Sequence record: SRR20825006_1644
DNA: 53,680 bases
Strand: one strand, 5' to 3'
The notes below the pieces were generated by a model. The model had not been told where the DNA came from, made no database searches, and saw only the letters and a program-made list of their open reading frames with translations. A program made the position numbers and the translations under genes. Shown here one piece after another: positions 51,388-53,680 of this stretch (the first letter of the stretch is position 1; every line of letters starts with the position of its first letter).

Positions 51388-53680
51388 TTACGCTGAGGAC
51401 TTGTATCTCATTGTAACAGCAACTTTTCCCGGCAGTGCGGCAATCTGGCTGAGCAACGTATCGCTGGGGGTGACCTGCCATTCTTCACCCAACATCAACA
51501 AGGCACTGGCCTGTTGATTCTGATACCTGAGCTCCAGCCCGAGTCCGCCGCCCTTGAAGGGGGTCAGCGTCGTTCTCAGTTGTTCCACCCACGGCTTTGC
51601 TTCATCCTCATTAGCAATGTTGATTTGCAATGCCTGGCCGAAAGCCTCGCGGGCACCGGTGATATCAAACACTTTTTCCGCCGTGGCCGACAGCCCGCCG
51701 GTAAAGTTATCCTGTCCAATCTTACCCTGAATCACCACCAGCTTATCCGGCTGAATAAAGCTCTGATATTGTTCATAGACCTCGCCGAACACCCGGACTT
51801 CCAGTCGTCCGCTCTGGTCGTCCAGGGTAATAAACGCCATCCGGCTGCCGCTTTTTGATTTCATCGTGCGGATCGCCACAATCAAGCCAGCGGTCAAAAC
51901 CGGTTTTTCATTACGCTGGTAGCCTTTGGATTCCGGCGCATCAAGCTCATTGATTTTTTTGGGAATAAACTCGGCCAGTTCCGCTTCGTAACGATCAATC
52001 GGATGCCCGCTCAGATAGAGTCCCAGCGTCTCTTTCTCCGCCAGCAACAGATGCTCTTCCGCCCATTCCGCCGCTGGTTCCAGTGGTTCATCCTGCTCGG
52101 TATCGTTTTCCGGTGTCAGGCCGAATAAATCATTCTGCCCGCTGTCCTTATCGCGGCGATGCTGTTCGGCGATCTGCATCGCCTTGGTCAGGCTGGCACT
52201 GAGACTGGCGCGGTGGCCGCCCAGCGAATCCATCGCCCCGGCCTTCACCAGTGATTCCATGACACGGCGATTAATCTTGCGCATATCCACACGACGGCAG
52301 AAATCGTATAAAGAGCTGAACTCCTCGCCCTGCTCGCGTTCATGAACAATGCCGGCCAGCGCTGACTCACCAACGCCTTTGATCGCGCCCAGACCATAAC
52401 GAATCGTGCGCTCATCCTCGACCGTGAATTTAATCTTGCTGTGATTCACATCCGGCGGCAGCACATTCAACTTCATATCACGACATTCATCGATAAGACC
52501 GACGACCTTGTCAGTGTTATCCATATCAGCGGACAAAACCGCGGCCATAAAGGCGGCCGGATAATGGGCCTTGAGCCAGGCGGTCTGATACGCCACCAGC
52601 GCATAGGCAGCCGAGTGTGATTTGTTGAAACCATACTCGGCGAATTTTTCCATCAGGTCGAAGATGGGACCGGCTTCTTTTTCTTCGATACCGCGCCCCG
52701 CGGCCCCTTCCAGGAAAATCTGGCGTTGCTTGGCCATTTCCTCGGGTTTTTTCTTACCCATCGCCCGCCGCAGCATATCAGCACCGCCCAGACTGTAACC
52801 AGCCAGCACCTGCGCAATCTGCATGACCTGTTCCTGGTAGACGATAACGCCGTAAGTCGGCTTCAGCGCCGGCTCCAGATCAGGATGCGGATAATCTACC
52901 CGGGCCCGGCCATGTTTACGGTTCACAAAGTCATCGACCATGCCCGACTGCAGCGGACCAGGCCGGAACAGCGCCACCAGGGCGATAATATCCTCGAAGG
53001 TATCCGGCTGCAGGCGCTTGACCAGTTCTTTCATGCCTCGCGATTCCAGCTGGAATACGGCAGTGGTTTCACAACGCTTGAGCAAATCAAAGGTCGGCTT
53101 GTCATCAAGCGGCAGATTGGTGATATCGATTTCATCCGCCTTGTCACCAATCAAGCTACGGACATTGTTCATCGCCCAGTCGATCACGGTCAGGGTTTTC
53201 AGCCCCAGGAAGTCGAACTTGACCAGGCCAACGCTTTCCACATCGTCTTTGTCGAACTGCGACACCAGGCTGGCACCGTTGTGTTCACAGTAAAGCGGCG
53301 TGTATTCGGTCAATACCTTGGGCGCAATCACCACCCCGCCAGCGTGCTTGCCGACGTTACGAGTCAGCCCTTCCAGCTGCAAAGCCAGGTCAATCAGGGT
53401 TTTGACTTCTTCCTCATTGTCGTAACGCTCTTTTAACTGCGGCTCCTGCTCCAGTGCCTTGGTGAGCGTCATTTTCAGCTCAAACGGCACCAGCTTGGCC
53501 AATTGATCGACAAAGCCGTAAGGATGGCCCAAAACACGGCCGACATCCCGCAATACCGCCTTGGCTGCCATGGTCCCGTAGGTGATGATCTGGGAAACAT
53601 GATCACGGCCATAATGCTGCGATACATAATCGATAACCCGATCGCGGCCATCCATGCAAAAGTCGACGTCAAAGTCAGGC
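51388..53680 (-). CDS. dnaE: DNA polymerase III alpha subunit (5' part outside the window)
   Basis: PDFDVDF at the window edge; HAGGVVI, KFDFLGL, YGFNKSH motifs and OB fold. Confidence 0.98.
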   Translation of the reverse strand, partial: PDFDVDFCMDGRDRVIDYVSQHYGRDHVSQIITYGTMAAKAVLRDVGRVLGHPYGFVDQLAKLVPFELKMTLTKALEQEPQLKERYDNEEEVKTLIDLALQLEGLTRNVGKHAGGVVIAPKVLTEYTPLYCEHNGASLVSQFDKDDVESVGLVKFDFLGLKTLTVIDWAMNNVRSLIGDKADEIDITNLPLDDKPTFDLLKRCETTAVFQLESRGMKELVKRLQPDTFEDIIALVALFRPGPLQSGMVDDFVNRKHGRARVDYPHPDLEPALKPTYGVIVYQEQVMQIAQVLAGYSLGGADMLRRAMGKKKPEEMAKQRQIFLEGAAGRGIEEKEAGPIFDLMEKFAEYGFNKSHSAAYALVAYQTAWLKAHYPAAFMAAVLSADMDNTDKVVGLIDECRDMKLNVLPPDVNHSKIKFTVEDERTIRYGLGAIKGVGESALAGIVHEREQGEEFSSLYDFCRRVDMRKINRRVMESLVKAGAMDSLGGHRASLSASLTKAMQIAEQHRRDKDSGQNDLFGLTPENDTEQDEPLEPAAEWAEEHLLLAEKETLGLYLSGHPIDRYEAELAEFIPKKINELDAPESKGYQRNEKPVLTAGLIVAIRTMKSKSGSRMAFITLDDQSGRLEVRVFGEVYEQYQSFIQPDKLVVIQGKIGQDNFTGGLSATAEKVFDITGAREAFGQALQINIANEDEAKPWVEQLRTTLTPFKGGGLGLELRYQNQQASALLMLGEEWQVTPSDTLLSQIAALPGKVAVTMRYKSSA

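Overview
Gammaproteobacterial chromosome segment. A MoxY/MoxX-type two-component pair and two lanpepsy-like PepSY proteins suggest a methylotroph, possibly Methylophaga-like (inference). Housekeeping blocks: tRNA-Glu 3' end, lptFG, pepA-holC-valS; a SUF Fe-S operon; an FKBP PPIase, ampD, nadC; and dnaE-accA-tilS-pyrG-kdsA-eno-ftsB-ispDF-truD-cysG. The best novelty candidate is a minus-strand accessory locus at about 10.4-26.0 kb. It encodes an atypical type IV filament/T2SS hybrid: three very large pilins, a PilM/PilN-like protein with an inserted MshEN-like motif pair, PilO-, GspE-, GspF- and PilP-like proteins, and a secretin fused to an ICE-type DUF3438-like domain. The operon ends in the MoxY/MoxX-like two-component system and is preceded by a PglL-type O-oligosaccharyltransferase. 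A palindromic box, YAGGAA-N3-WTCCTR, lies exactly 23 nt from a -10-like hexamer upstream of the filament operon, of pglL and of an unannotated ~105-nt sRNA candidate. The same box occupies the -35 position upstream of a lanpepsy-like gene, which suggests one regulon linking the filament to C1/lanthanide physiology. All family calls come from motif recognition by eye; no database search was run.
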